Assembly: GCA_002269645.1 (NCBI GenBank)
Contig: NIVC01002121.1
Span: 62,001 to 126,000 of the forward strand
From: Macrostomum lignano
Lineage: Eukaryota
Length of the DNA stretch: 64,000 nucleotides
Direction: 5' to 3'
The notes below the pieces were generated by a model. It saw only the letters and a program-made list of their open reading frames with translations, had not been told where the DNA came from and did no database searches. Below, one piece after another: positions 8,641 through 36,543 of this stretch (positions within the stretch are counted from its first letter, which is position 1; every line of letters starts with the position of its first letter). Position numbers and translations under genes: made by a program.

Positions 8641-11449
8641 GGCGCGAAAATGAGTGCCTGCGGCGCGAAAATGAGTGCCTGCGGCGCGAAAACGAGTGCC
8701 TACAGCGCTAAATGCGTGCCTGCGGCGCTAAAATGAGTGCCTGCGGCGCTAAAATGAGTGCCTGCGGCGCTAAAACGAGTGCCTGCAGCGCTAAATGCGT
8801 GCCTGCGGCGCTAAAACGAGTGCCTGCGGCGCTAAATGCGTGCCTGCGGCGCTAAAATGATGCCTACGGCGCTAAAATGCGCGCCTGCGGCGCTAAAATG
8901 ATGCCTACGGCGCTAAAATGATGCCTACGGCGCTAAAATGAGTGCCTACGGCGCTAAAATGAGTGCCTACGGCGCTAAAACGAGTGCCTGCAACGCTAAA
9001 TGCGTGCCTGCGGCGCTAAAACGAGTGCCTGCGGCGCTAAATGCGTGCCTGCGGCGCTAAAATGATGCCTACGGCGCTAAAATGGGTGCCTGCGGCGATA
9101 AAATGATGCCTACGGCGCTAAAATGGGTGCCTACGGCGCTAAAATGAGTGCCTACGGCGCTAAAATGAGTGCCTGTGGCGCTAAAATGAATGCCTGCGGC
9201 GCTAAAACGAGTGCCTGCGGCGCTAAATGCGTGCCTGCGGCGCTAAAATGAGTGCCTGCGGCGCTAAAATGAGTGCCTACGGCGCTAAAATGAGTGCCTG
9301 TGGCGCTAAAATGAATGCCTGCGGCGCTAAAACGAGTGCCTGCGGCGCTAAATGCGTGCCTGCGGCGCTGAAATGAGTGCCTGCGGCGATAAAATGATGC
9401 CTACGGCGCTAAAATGGGTGCCTACGGCGCTAAAATGAGTGCCTACGGCGCTAAAATGAGTGCCTGCGGCGCTAAATGCGTGGCTGCGGCGCTAAAATAA
9501 GTGCCTGCGACGCTAAAATGAGTGCCTGCGGCGCTAAAACGAGTGCCTGCAGCGCTAAATGCGTGCCTGCGGCGCTAAAACGAGTGCCTGCGGCGCTAAA
9601 TGCGTGCCAGCGGCGCTAAAATGATGCCTACGGCGCTAAAATGCGTGCCTGAAGCGATAAAATGATGCCTACGGCGCTAAAATGATGCCTACGGCGCTAA
9701 AATGAGTGCCTACGGCGCTAAAATGAGTGCCTGTGGCGCTAAAATGAATGCCTGCGGCGCTAAAACGAGTGCCTGCAGCGCTAAATGCGTGCCTGCGACG
9801 CTAAAACGAGTGCCTGCGGCGCTAAATGCGTGCCTGCGGCGCTAAAATGATGTCTACGGCGCTAAAATGCGTGCCTGCGGCGCTAAAATGATGCCTACGG
9901 CGCTAAATGATGCCTACGGCGCTAAAATGAGTGCCTACGGCGCGAAAATGAGTGCCTGCGGCGCGAAAATGAGTGCCTGCGGCGCTAAATGCGTGCCTGC
10001 GGCGCTAAAACGAGTGCCTGCGGCGCTAAAACGAGTGCCTGCGGCGCTAAATGCGTGCCTGCGGCGCTAAAATGAGTGCCTGCGGCGCTAAATGCGTGCC
10101 TGCGGCGCTAAAATGATGCCTACGGCGCTAAAATGCGTGCCTGCGGCGCTAAAATGATGCCTACGGCGCTAAATGATGCCTACGGCGCTAAAATGAGTGC
10201 CTACGGCGCGAAAATGAGTGCCTGCGGCGCGAAAATGAGTGCCTGCGGCGCTAAAATGAGTGCCTGCGGCGCTAAAACGAGTGCCTGCAGCGCTAAATGC
10301 GTGCCTGCGGCGCTAAAATGAGTGCCTGCGGCGCTAAATGCGTGCCTGCGGCGCTAAAATGATGCCTACGGCGCTAAAATGCGCGCCTGCGGCGCTAAAA
10401 TGATGCCTACGGCGCTAAAATGATGCCTACGGCGCTAAAATGAGTGCCTACGGCGCTAAAATGAGTGCCTACGGCGCTAAAACGAGTGCCTGCAGCGCTA
10501 AATGCGTGCCTGCGGCGCTAAAACGAGTGCCTGCGGCGCTAAAATGAGTGCCTGCGGCGCGAAAATGCGTGCCTGCGGCGCTAAAATGAGTGCCTGCGGC
10601 GCTAAAATGATGCCTACGGCGCGAAAATGAGTGCCTGCGGCGCTAAATGCGTGCCTGCGGCGCTAAAACGAGTGCCTGCAGCGCTAAATGCGTGCCTGCG
10701 GCGCTAAAACGAGTGCCTGCGGCGCTAAATGCGTGCCTGCGGCGCTAAATGCGTGCCTACGGCGCTAAAATGCGTGCCTGCGGCGATAAAATGATGCCTA
10801 CGGCGCTAAAATGGGTGCCTACGGCGCTAAAATGAGTGCCTACGGCGCTAAAATGAGTGCCTGTGGCGCTAAAATGAATGCCTGCGGCGCTAAAACGAGT
10901 GCCTGCGGCGCTAAATGCGTGCCTGCGGCGCTAAAATGAGTGCCTGCGGCGCTAAATGCGTGCCTGCGGCGATAAAATGATGCCTACGGCGCTAAAATGG
11001 GTGCCTACGGCGCTAAAATGAGTGCCTACGGCGCTAAAATGAGTGCCTGCGGCGCTAAAATGAGTGCCTGCGGCGCTAAAACGAGTGCCTGCAGCGCTAA
11101 ATGCGTGCCTGCGGCGCTAAAACGAGTGCCTGCGGCGCTAAATGCGTGCCTGCGGCGCTAAAATGATGCCTACGGCGCTAAAATGCGTGCCTGCGGCGAT
11201 AAAATGAGTGCCTGCGGCGCTAAAATGAGTGCCTGCGGCGATAAAATGATGCCTACGGCGCTAAAATGAGTGCCTGCGGCGCTAAAATGAGTGCCTGCGG
11301 CGCTAAAATGAGTGCCTGCGGCGCTAAAATGAGTGCCTGCGGCGCTAAATGCGTGCCTGCGGCGCTAAATGCGTGCCTGCGGCGCTAAAATGAATGCCTG
11401 CGGCGCTAAAATGAGTGCCTGCGGCGCTAAAATGAGTGCCTGCGGCGCT
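8641..11449. repeat. CpG-rich satellite, 20-21 bp monomers (GCGGCGCTAAAATGAGTGCCT and variants)
   Basis: About 2.8 kb of direct tandem monomers. Variant order recurs, e.g. blocks at 9867 and 10133 are 266 bp apart. Confidence 0.95.
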
Positions 11450-11976
11450 TTATAAATTGAGTGCTGACAAGACGGATACTAAAAATAATCGGTACATGAT
11501 AATGTGCATTTTCCATATAGTAGTTTTGCTATAAAAACAATTAAGTGAACCACCTAGGGTATACAGTATCTGTGATCTGATTCACTGCACAGGCAGGCAG
11601 TCATTAGGAAGATATCCTTAACCGATTTTTAAGTACATTTCTAGGGAGCCGTATATAGCACCTGAAGATAAAAAATCCAAAAATGTTACTTCAAAGTGAA
11701 GTTTAAAAGTACACGAAAAAAGGATAGACGCAGACAAGACGAGACGAGACAATGCGAGATTAGACAGACACAGACAGAAAGAGAGACAGAGCTTTTCTAA
11801 CTCATTCTCCAGAGCACATTGGAGACAAAAAACAACAATCGAAGCGAAGAGTAAACAGATTGCGAGCATGAGTAAGAAGACACGCCCTGAGCCGTGGAGG
11901 TCTAGAAATAGAACCTAGAACTAGCTACACTAGATACGCTCGTACAGATTTTCTTGCCTGAGCCCATCTTACCACT

Positions 11977-14970
11977 TCAGGCAGCCAGCCCGACCCGGAC
12001 AAAACCAGCCCAAAACAGGATCGGAGGGCGAGCCCAACAGACAACAGAGTAAACTGGATAGTCTCTAGTGTCACAGGGCGCTCTCAAGGCCAGGGTGCGA
12101 ACATAGGCCGCTCCGCCGGCAGAGTCCGGGGCGCCGGCGTCAGCCAGCAGGCAGTCGACGAAACGCCGAGTGCGCGCCTGTCCTCGCCGGTAGGGTGCCT
12201 GCAGCGTGACCAGCAGCACCTCCTGCACCGACTGTGGGCAGTACGACTCGGCGCGGATGATATGACCTGCCAGCTGGAGTCGCCGACGGCGCAGCAGGTC
12301 ACTTGGGCGGGCCAGGCCGGCGCGGCGATAGAGTGCCGCGTTGGTGACTCGCTCGTCGCCGATCTTGAAGGCGGCGCGCAGCAGGCCAGCGTGCGCCGCG
12401 TCGACTTGATGTTCGAGCGAGTCTGTCAGCGTCCAGGTCTCCGCGTTGTAAAGCAGGACGGTTTCGACTACCGCCTCGAACAATGCCGCCCTCTGGCGGT
12501 CCGGAAGGGCTTCAGACTGCAGGACTGCCCTCACAGAGCGGAAGGCAGCCCAGGCAAGCCCGCGGCGACGACGCAGATCCCCGCGTACGTCGGGGACCAG
12601 ACCACCAAGGTAGACGAACTGCTGACATCGCGGAAGTTCCGTTGCCTGTCCGTCAGCGCCTCGGCATAGGATAGCAGCCTCGATGTCGTCCGGCACCCAC
12701 AGCACGATGCGCGTTGATCATCAGGCCGACACTCGCCGCAACAGCAACCAGTCGATCAAGCTGTCGCTGGGCGCCCTCAACGGTAGAGGACAGCAGGGCG
12801 AGATCGTCGGCGTAAACAAGCACGCTGAGCCGCCTCTCCGGTTGACGTCGACCCACGCGTCGCCGCAGCAGGAAACCATCGTCGTTGGAGGGAAGTGCAG
12901 TCCGCAGCACCCAGTCAAGCACCAGCACGAACAAGAACGGCGCTAGCGTATCTCCTTGAAGAACCCCCGAGGAGGTCTCGAAGAAATCCGATAGGCCGTC
13001 CGGCGTTGTCACCGCAGCTTTCGTGTCGCGGTACATCGCCATGATGGCGGAAACCAGCTGCTCTGGCACGTTGCACGCACGGAGCACCATTTGGAGCGCA
13101 GCCCTGACAACCGAGTCGAACGCTTTCTTGAAATCAACAAAGATGACAATCAGGATCGACTGGCGCGTCCGCGCCTCCTCGATGACTCGGTGAAGAGCCA
13201 GGATCTGCGTCACTGTGCTGCGATCTGGGGTCGGAAGCCGTTCTGCTCTGGGCGCAGGTACGGATCCAGCACCGGCTGTAACCGCGATAACAGCAGGCGG
13301 TTGAACAGCTTCGCAGCGCAGGACTGAAGGCAGATGCTTCGATGCTCTTCAAGCCTCGTGGTGCCCGGCTTCTTAGGAACTGCGACGATGTGTGCCGTGG
13401 TCCATTCGTTGGGCGCCGCCTCAACGGTAAAGCACTCGATTCATCAATCTGGTGACCTCACTGGCCACACAGTGGATGCGCAGTGCTTCAATGGGCACCT
13501 CGTCCGGACCCAGCGCCTTGCCGCCCGGTGACAGCTGGGCGAGCTTCACAACGTCGGCTGTGCTGACTGGGGCTACACTGAAACTCTCCTCTGCCGGCAA
13601 CGGCGTCTCCGGCGGCAGCGTCAGGTTATCCGGCAGCAGGGGTGACGGCGCGTTGACGATGGCGGCGAAAAACTCACGCAGCTCATTTCTGCGCTCGTCC
13701 GCAGTGTCGCCTGCAAGGTTTAGCGCCAAGCGCCGTTTTCGTGCCGTCAAAGCATTGATGGCAGACCAGGCCACGCACCCTCTGGCATCGGGCCCAGCAG
13801 CAGAGACGACCTGAATAGCGTCGTCGACAGCGGCCTGCTGGCGCTTGACATAGATAGCCGCCAGTACATTCTCTGCTTCGCGGGTTGGCTGTCTGCTCAG
13901 ACGGAGCCTCTCCACCTCCTCCTTCGCTTGCCGAACCTCGGGGTCGTCCTGCCGGACCGGCTGCCCGCGCTGGGCCGGTTGCATCAGCGGGACTGCTTGC
14001 TCTGCGGCGGCCCGAACTGCAGCGCACACATCCGCGTACTCGGCACCTCCACGTTTGCCGCCAAGCGCAGTGATGAAAGCGCTGGCAAAGCGGCGATGCG
14101 TGTTGGCGTCCCTGAGCGCGCTGTAGTAGCGCCGCGGTGGCCGCTTCGGCGGACGGTGATCGTGAAGTCGAAGGTCGCATATAAGCAGACGGTGATCGGA
14201 CCGCAGAGCCAGCGGCGTGATGGCACGGCAGTTGACGGCGCGACGGCGCTCACGAAATCGCAATAGCACGTGGTAGAGCTGTGCCTGCCTGCGTGTTGCG
14301 TTCCGCCTGCGCGCGTTCCGCCGCCTCCTCTTGCAGCTTGCAGTGTTGGCCGACACCATGTCCTGCCTCTCCAGGAAGTCCTCCAGCGCTCCGGTGTTGC
14401 CGTTCTCGCGCGGTGTCACGAACAGCGACCGCTCGGACCTACGCAGGACCGCGTTTAGGTCTCCGAGAACAGCCACTGTGTCACGCTGCGTCATAGCCTC
14501 TACCTGCACCGAGAGCTGCTCAAAGAAGGTCTGAGCCTCGTCAGGGCGGGTGGCAGGGGGCGTGTACGCGCAGAACAGGCGAGCGTTCCGGCCGCGAAGC
14601 CGGACGTCGACCCGAAGCAGCCGAGGGGACAGGGAGATGCAGCGACAGCTCTGCTGCAGCCTCGGTCCGATCAGCGCTCCAACTCCTCCACGACCGCCGA
14701 TGTGTAGTGAAGCGTCCACCCGGCGCCCAAGTCCTCACATTGAAGTCCCGGGTCGGCCTTGATGGACACCTGCAGAGCAATGACGTCACAGCTAAGGTCG
14801 AGCGCTAGCTTCGCCAGCAGCCCTCGTCGCCAGGCGGCCTTGAGAGTGCGGCAGTTCAGCGTCCCGACTCGAAGCGTGCCCTGTGGTACGGCTGGGGCTC
14901 GATGCTGTTGAGCCTCACGGTCCTCGGCGCCACCCGGAAGATGGCGCCTGAAGAGGATTGCTTTACACAA
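11977..14970 (-). mobile_element. RTE-like non-LTR retrotransposon, near full length, frameshifted APE+RT ORF
   Basis: APE motifs GTLNCRTL, DVIALQ (the usual E of QE is missing), VAVLGDLNA and SDHRLL. RT motifs FVDFKKAFDSV, GVLQGDTLAPFLF and YADDLALL. Split over several frames. Confidence 0.9.
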
Positions 14971-16397
14971 CGGATCACAAGGTGGGGGGGGGGGGACAAA
15001 GCATTGTCATGTCTTCCATAGCTTTTACTGAGGGGGGCATGTCCTACCCCCGGCCGGTGGCGATGCCCCTGTTTACCGGTAGTAGCTGTCAAATCTTTCG
15101 TGTGCTGCAGCTTGCCGGATGCTTATTAGCCGAAGCTATAAATCAGTATAGGGCTTGGAAATCGACAGTAGAGAGGGCTATTTGGAGGCGTGCTTAAGCA
15201 CAGTTGGGCGAGGCAAAGCCAGAACCAAGGGCACACTGGACTCAAAGGCAAGCAGACTAAGGTAATGCGATAATAGAAGACTGCGGAAGTGGGCAACTCA
15301 ACATATCCAGAAGATAGATAGCGAGGCACCTACGAGCTAAAGAAAACCGCAGCCCATTTCAGATCAAACACAAAAGGGCGAGGCAGAGAGATGAGCGCGG
15401 CCACGTGCCGGGGCCGGAGACCGTCGTCGAGAAGGAGCATCGAGCGCAACCAAATCTGGCGACCGAGAGATGGACATGCGACCCGACGAGTACAGGAATA
15501 CAGTAATAGGACTCGAGACCAGACCTCCCCGAATCGCTTTAACGCAACCAAGGCAAAACAATCAAGCCTGGGTAAACTAACCTCGCCCCCTGTAGTAACC
15601 CGCTTGTTCAGTGTTAAAAACCGGAAAACGTAGTGTCGCCCAAAAAGCTTTTGTAAACCCCTGCCGTTGCAGGCCAGCCACTTTCGATATCTTTGGCGTA
15701 GCTACTTCGATAATTCCAACGATCTTAAGGGAATCTGAGCCGCAAAAATAAAGTCACATTATCAATGCAACAATTAACTGAATATTTAACTCATGATCAA
15801 GCAAATTTTGATCTGGATTCGCGCTCCGCTCCTTGCTATATGTTTTTTCCCGAAATTCCTTGAGGCGAAGGGGATCGTGCCTTCACATGCAGCAGTTGTT
15901 TTGAGTGGGCACGTAGTCTCGGTTGAGGGGTAGCCATGCAAAAGCACTTAGCGAGTTTTACAAAAGAGAGTGCATTATTTTAACAAGTATTTATTTCTGG
16001 ATTTAAGAGCTGTGAATGGGGGATATGCATTTGTAATACTACGAGTAAAAGCTTAAACAATAATGTCCATAAAAACTATGCATGTCCATATGTCGGCTTC
16101 CAGTGAATTCAAACTCCGTCGCGTCGGCTCTTTTACAGCTTTCCTAAGCTGGAGCCGCGTTGTTAAGGCCGGTGCTCTGGAAGGTGGTTGGCCCTGTGCC
16201 AGACGGGCCCGTTTTTGAATTTCTGCCCCGTCTGAGTGACGGTGGCACGGCAAATACAGTCAGTTCGTCTAAATGTGCAGCGCTAGCTTACTCCTTGATT
16301 TCTGGAACTACAAACCTGTAGCAGCTATCGACGATCAGCTTTGACTTTTTTTCTCCGAACACCCATCCAGCAATTGGTAGGTGTGCCGTTCTGGTGC

Positions 16398-16610
16398 GGC
16401 AAAGCCAGCAGACGACTCGGCAAAGCCAGCAGGTGCCGCGGCGAAGCCAGCAGACGACTCGGCAAAGCCAGCAGGTGCCGCGGCGAAGCCAGCAGACGAC
16501 TCGGCAAAGCCAGCAGGTGCCGCGGCGAAGCCAGCAGACGACTCGGCAAAGCCAGCAGGTGCCGCGGCGAAGCCAGCAGACGACTCGGCAAAGCCATCAG
16601 CAGGTGCCGC
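16398..16610. repeat. 42-bp tandem repeat (two related 21-bp halves), about 5 copies
   Basis: GGCAAAGCCAGCAGGTGCCGC-GGCGAAGCCAGCAGACGACTC repeated. Confidence 0.9.
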
Positions 16611-17325
16611 TCAGCAGCAGTAACAGCGACAGACTAGGCTCTTCTTGGATTGCAGGAGAGACACGGGCAGCAGCAGCAACAGCTGAGCAGTGCAGAGGTC
16701 AGAAGGCTCTTCTGGGACTGCGACACGGGCTGCTTTTTTCGACTTCTTCAAAACAAGTCGCGGACCAACACAAGTGGCCAAGGGGAGGGGGCGTCAAATC
16801 GATCGCGTACTTCGACAGGCTAACCTAACTTAATTTATATTCCCTTTATTTATATGCTTTGTAACATCAGTCGCGTGACTTGATAGCTTTATTTGATAGC
16901 GGTTGTAAATTGAGAGGAACACAGTTCATTTGTACATGTATAGTACATGTACATGCAACATACATACATGTATGCATTCCCTGCAGCACCCTACGGTATA
17001 AAAAACAAGGACCACTGTACATGTATATAGCTATATATACAGTGGTCCTTGATAAAAAGTGCAAAGTGTAAAAGCTGCAGTATAAAATATTTCAACTAGC
17101 ATTTTCGATGTGACTTACACCGGTGTTATGCCAACCATGCATTTTCCTAGGCAGAAAAGTATTTGGCTGAATAACTTTGGATGCGTTATTTTATCTGGGC
17201 CCAGATTGAATACGGCACGACAAGTCATGCCAAGCGCACTCCTAGGCTGATTTCTCTCTGTGGTTTACGAGATTTAAAACCTGTCAATAATTACAGCCCA
17301 TATATAACTTCAAGTTTAAATCGAC

Positions 17326-17460
17326 TAATCTGGGCTGAGTGCTAATCTGGGCTGAGTGCTAATCTGGGCGCAGTGCTAATCTGGGCGTAGTGCTAATCTG
17401 GGGGAAGTGGGGCTAATCTGGGGGTGTAGGGCTAATGTGGGAGAATAGTGCTAATCTGGT
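17326..17460. repeat. Degenerate 17-bp tandem repeat (TAATCTGGGCTGAGTGC)
   Basis: About 7-8 progressively diverging copies. Confidence 0.8.
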
Positions 17461-17728
17461 GAGCATTTGAAAATAACAAATAATCATAAAAGAACTATAA
17501 ATGAATTGACATTGCAAAGTTTCAAACATTCAGAAATGTAACTTTTTAGAACTTTTTAGTCTCAGTAAAATTGGTGTACAACTGCTTAGAGATTTGCTAC
17601 TGCAGAACTTCTCGGAGATTAGTGAGATTTGCTCAGCGACTGCAAAACTGCTTATATACAAGCGCTAAACTGCTAAGAAGCCACCCGGAGGGGGGCTAAA
17701 TGGCTAGTACAATTACTAATACAAAAAA

Positions 17729-18000
17729 ATGTCTGTCGCGTATTCCAACATAAAAATTTACTTGCTTAGTGGCGCATACGACGGATCCCTGCGTCTTTGA
17801 CAACAACTAAGGAGAAGAACAACTTCAAAAGCAAGGTTCGGCAGAAGGCGCCCAACTTCAGGTACGAGGGCCAGCAGCTGTTCTATCAGCTCTCAGCTCG
17901 GGATGATTAGTCAAAAGAAGCGCCATCGGTCAAGGGAGCGTCGCCTGGAGGTGGAAGATCAAGAAGAACGGTGTCGATTAATTCAAGAATATCACACCTC
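17729..18000 (+). pseudogene. N-terminal fragment of a Ginger/Gypsy-integrase-like transposase
   Basis: Across frameshifts: MSVAYSNIKIYLLSGAY / TKEKNNFKSKVRQKAPNFRYEGQQLFY / RERRLEVEDQEERCRLIQEYH. This resembles the region leading into the H2C2 zinc-binding domain of Ginger-type integrases. Confidence 0.55.
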
Positions 18001-19343
18001 TGTGACGTTCAGAAATGCGCCGTCTGCCAGCGCAACAACAAGAGGGCCGTGGCGAACGAACCCCAGTTGACGCCAATTTTAATTCCGATGATGGCCGAAC
18101 GAGTATTCGGTTTTGTCTGCGTTTGACTACGTCGGGTTCGAGCCATCTTCGAAAGGTGATCGATTAATCGATTATTAGTTTTTGTAGTTACATGTATCAA
18201 ATCAAACTAGCATACTCTCATTCATTTTAATGTAAACTTAACAACACAATACTCCACAGGTAATCAATACCTGCTGACAATTTGCTGCAAATTTGCCCTG
18301 GCGTCAGCGCAAAGAAGGTGTCAACCTGTCGCCGAATTACAGTAAACTGGTTCCCGCTGCTATTCATACCCATGGACAACTAAGATCGAAGGATGCTATT
18401 TCTGATGTCCATGCCATATGGCAGCAGCAAGATAAATTCCCTTTTGTTTTTGCTCATTGCACACAGGAGTCGAACCAATGTATTGTACTATACAATATGC
18501 AATTGAAATTGTGACTCAGGACAATAGGTGCAGCAAGTAGCGTAAAAGTAATTTGATTGAATATTCAATTTTTTTATTTTTCATCTCTAAAATTAGCTAT
18601 AAAAATATGGGAGCTTCATTAGCGCTTACTTTACTGTAGCCTCTCTTTTAGGATGAGAATTTGTTATAATTGTAAACTACATAGTGCAGAAGTAGTAACA
18701 TTGGCTCAGGCAACAGCCTGTTTGGCCAGTACGAACTATATATTTGAGATAAGTTTTCGTCCTAAGATTTATTGTGAAAATGATGAGGACTAGTAATGAT
18801 CGCGAATAAGAATAACGATAAATAACGAGATTAAAATAAGATATAACGCTAGGACTTGAAAAAAGGGATTGTTCTTGTGAAGAGTTAAAAGAAGAAAAAA
18901 GCAAATATAACCGTAGTACAATAGCCTTTTCAATATTTGTTTTAAGTGTTAAAAATAAGTTGTTTTACCATTTGTAGTTCGTTGAAACTGGGCGGCCCAT
19001 TTAAACAGCAAAAAGAATTGGGAGCGCGCGCGCCGGGGAACTCGAGCTCCAATATTGTTAGACACCTACACTGATTCGTTATTTAGAAACTTTCATCTAC
19101 AGTCCTTTGACTAAACTAACTCGTGACTACTGCGATTCACACCCATAACTAGTAAAATCATTTCGTGATTAATTCGTAATCCCTAGGGGACTATTTATAA
19201 AATTATTTATTTAATCAATTTTGCTAGGAATATAACACCGATTAAATTAAATATTTAATAGGTTTATACCAGGCCAATTAATCAATGGCTGTGCTCCAGA
19301 CGCAAGTCTAAATCCCCTATTATATTTAATACCTTAAAAAGTG

Positions 19344-33313
<13,970 letters not shown>

Positions 33314-34344
33314 ATCGTGATTTCCTAGTTCCCCATGTGTTTTGAACTCCCCAATTTGCAATTATCCCTCTGTAGACACACAATCAACGGACTCTTCAAC
33401 TTCTTTATTGCCTTTTCTCTGCTTTTTCTTGTCTCGATTTTCTTTTTCCATTTTTGCCGCCTATTTGCATCAAAATCGTCTAATGTAGTTTCGCTAACTG
33501 CGTTATGATAAAAAACTAATTTCTTACTTTATCCTTTGCTTATCCTGAGGCAATCCAACGAGCTTTTTCTTTTTTTGCTGCGTCCATTTATTGCACTTTA
33601 GCTGAAAATGCTTGCTCTATTATATTATAGTGTACTTTGCTTAGAATTGATTCATTTTCCACGACAAACCCGATTTGATTATTTATTTAACTAGATTTTC
33701 GCCTATATATTCGTGGACTGCTGTAAGTAGAGCAATGCGTATTGAATAGTAATAATAAATGTCGCATATCCAATGCATTGTGTCTTGACAAATAATTATG
33801 CCTAATATTTTTATTATTATTATTTCAATTGCAAATTTCGCAATGTTTAGATACGAGTTTTCCTTAGTTATAGCTCATCCGTTAACTGATTTAGCTATTT
33901 TTAATGCAAAAATTTACCTAATAATTGTAATTTTCATTCCTGCTGCTGTTGGCTACTACCACTACTACTACTGCTACTGCTACTACTGCTACTACAAGTA
34001 CTTGTCTATTCATGCACTTGCCAAATATTTATATCCCACTTCGTTTGTCATCCTTAGCTCTTCTAAGTTTAGCTTTTTGTTATTCTTCCGATCTTTACAA
34101 TAGTTAAAAACTAAAACTTACCTATCAGGCAGTATCAGTTGTATCAGTTGATCAATGGATTCTGTTCAGAATATTGATTTTCAAGGCTGCTGCATGCACT
34201 TCTAGACTATAACACTTAGGCCGGGGGAACACATGACACTTGGATACATTTCTATATTTGACTTGTTCCAGTTATGAGTAGTTTAAGACCAATTAATTAG
34301 TATCGATACTTTTTTGGATAATAAACTTTCGCTTCTCTTTAGGC

Positions 34345-34549
34345 CAGGGGTTGGCAAACTCCGGCTCTCGGGTCCTTTGAAACTTTACAATAGCCATCCG
34401 GTTTGCGTCTCTTCCCAGCTCTCTTCTCTCTAATCTCCTCTCCCTTCTCCATCTCTTTTCTTCTCTCTTCTCTCCCCTGCTCTGACCGGCAGCGCTAGAT
34501 TCTCCATTTGCCCCTTGAAATAAATACTAGCTAGTTTGCCAACCCCTGG
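34345..34549. mobile_element. hAT-type MITE
   Basis: TIR CAGGGGTTGGCAAACT / AGTTTGCCAACCCCTG; flanking direct repeat CTTTAGGC. Confidence 0.85.
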
Positions 34550-36543
34550 CTTTAGGCTAACGGTTTCCTTCTCCAGTTGGAGTCCCCGGTGGTTAACTTA
34601 TTTATTTGCCAATCCTAAATTGCTTCCTCTTGGATTTTTTTAAGAATGTTTTTTCCAGTTTTGTTTATTAGTCTCATAGTCGGTAGTCTAATCTGGTGTG
34701 ATACCTCTAAATGTTGTCTCTGTCCATCTATTATTGGCATAATCTATTTATTCAGTTTTTGTCTATCTTTTCTTTTCTTTTTCTTTCTAAAAGTATGCTC
34801 ACTCGTGTAGGGGCGACATTTGACTTCCAATTGAAATGGGGACCGCGGGCCCTCCTCACCTGCGTGCGTCCCTGTGTGGCATCTCCTGCTCAAGAGAATA
34901 TTTAACATGCCAAGTTAAATATCCTCTTATTAGTTCTTTCTAATACTATACAGGTGGTTCAAACTGGTAATAAATTTGAAGGAAATACTTTTGTTATCGC
35001 AATCGAACAACCTTCAGAGTTAGGAATCTATTTTAGGTGGCTGAAAATTCTAAAGCTAAAATAGTTGCTGGTGCGTCTTTTGGGGGAGGCATCGTATGGT
35101 AGGAGTGGTATTTTATATTATATTTTTTATGTTTTTTGTATCTTATTACATTAATATAGTTTATGATTAAATATAACAAATTAGTCAAATTACATATTTT
35201 TATATTTTATATTTTTATATTGTTTTTATTCTAGGATGACTCTGGTTCTGTAGTTGCATGCGTGAAGACCCTCGTCATGTCCGATCGCTGTGGGAATTAT
35301 GAATAGTTGGGTATTTCTGTTCTTAAGTTATTTGATATCGCTGTAACCTCTAACTTGTAAAAGTAGCTATCTTAAGCTTATTTCAGAACATTTTACTCGC
35401 TACGAGTGTATTTAATTTGTTCCAACAGCTTGTTGTGCCAAGTTTGATCCTCGCGGCTGATTCTATTTTATTTGGTTTTAATATTGCTTTCAGCGTTGCA
35501 ATATATTTGTTTCAAATAAATTCAACCTGGCACTGTGATCGACTTGACTTTGTTGTATTTCTGGAAGGTCTTGTACCCCTCGAAAATGCTGTTAGTAGTA
35601 TGTTTTGCGTGTTTTGTACCACGCGCAGTATTCTGTGCAACCCCATGCGCTCCATATCGCATGTTTATCAAACGTTATTAATTCATATAGCAGCCCTGGT
35701 TTCAAACGAAAAAATGCCGTCTTTCTCTGTGTAGCCTCGCCTGGCAATACAATGCCACAAAATGTGTTAGTTTGCTGTGGATTTTACTGCTAAATTGCTT
35801 AGTTATCTGTGCTGTTCAACATTACACTATCGTGTGTATATCTGTACACACATGAAGCATGCGCACAGCTAATATTCATATTAATTGCTTTTGGTGTGCG
35901 CGCGTATTGCTATATAATTAATTTTGGCTCACATTGAGACTTACGAGTAACTTTACTGCAGGGAAGTTTACAATATAATATTTATTATAAGCTGATTAGT
36001 GTGTATTGTTACCCAAAAAGATCGGTTAATTAAAAATAGTAAATTTGATATATTCGCACCTAACATTTTGGATGGTGCTTTATTTGATTTAGCTTAAATT
36101 GTTATCAAGCATTTTTACATTCTTTACTTGCTCCCATAGCTAAGATTTTAAGTTTAAATGCAAGTTAAAAACTAGGACCGTACATTACATATAATAGATT
36201 ACGTTTCTAACTACATAAAAATCCATAAATATAGCGGCTCTGTGATGTGAGTCTAATAAATAAAGAAATCAACATTTGCATTGCCACTTTAAATTGGTAA
36301 TTTAACTTTGTTGCTTTAGCTCGTAATTTGCATATGGCCTTGCAATTGAGGTCAAATGCAGTTCTGACTATGCAAAAAGCGGCCGTGTTGGCAACAATTG
36401 ATTCTTTTCCTGAGTGCGCGTAATGTACGGCAGAGTTTAGATAAAAATCGGCTCCTACTCGTAATTTTGTTTGATCTTGCCTTGCCAGCAGGTCAAGAGG
36501 TCAAAGTAATTGCGTCGTGGTACGTCTATGCCCACGCGCAGTA

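Noticed and set aside
15290-15630. GC-rich LTR-like stretch beside the LINE (similar style at 43150-43700)
   Set aside because: No TG..CA boundaries with TSD, PBS or PPT could be fixed by eye.
34950-35320. Possible extra small exons downstream of S6K
   Set aside because: AG/GT-bounded segments exist but contain stops or give no recognisable peptide, and S6K already terminates at 33313.
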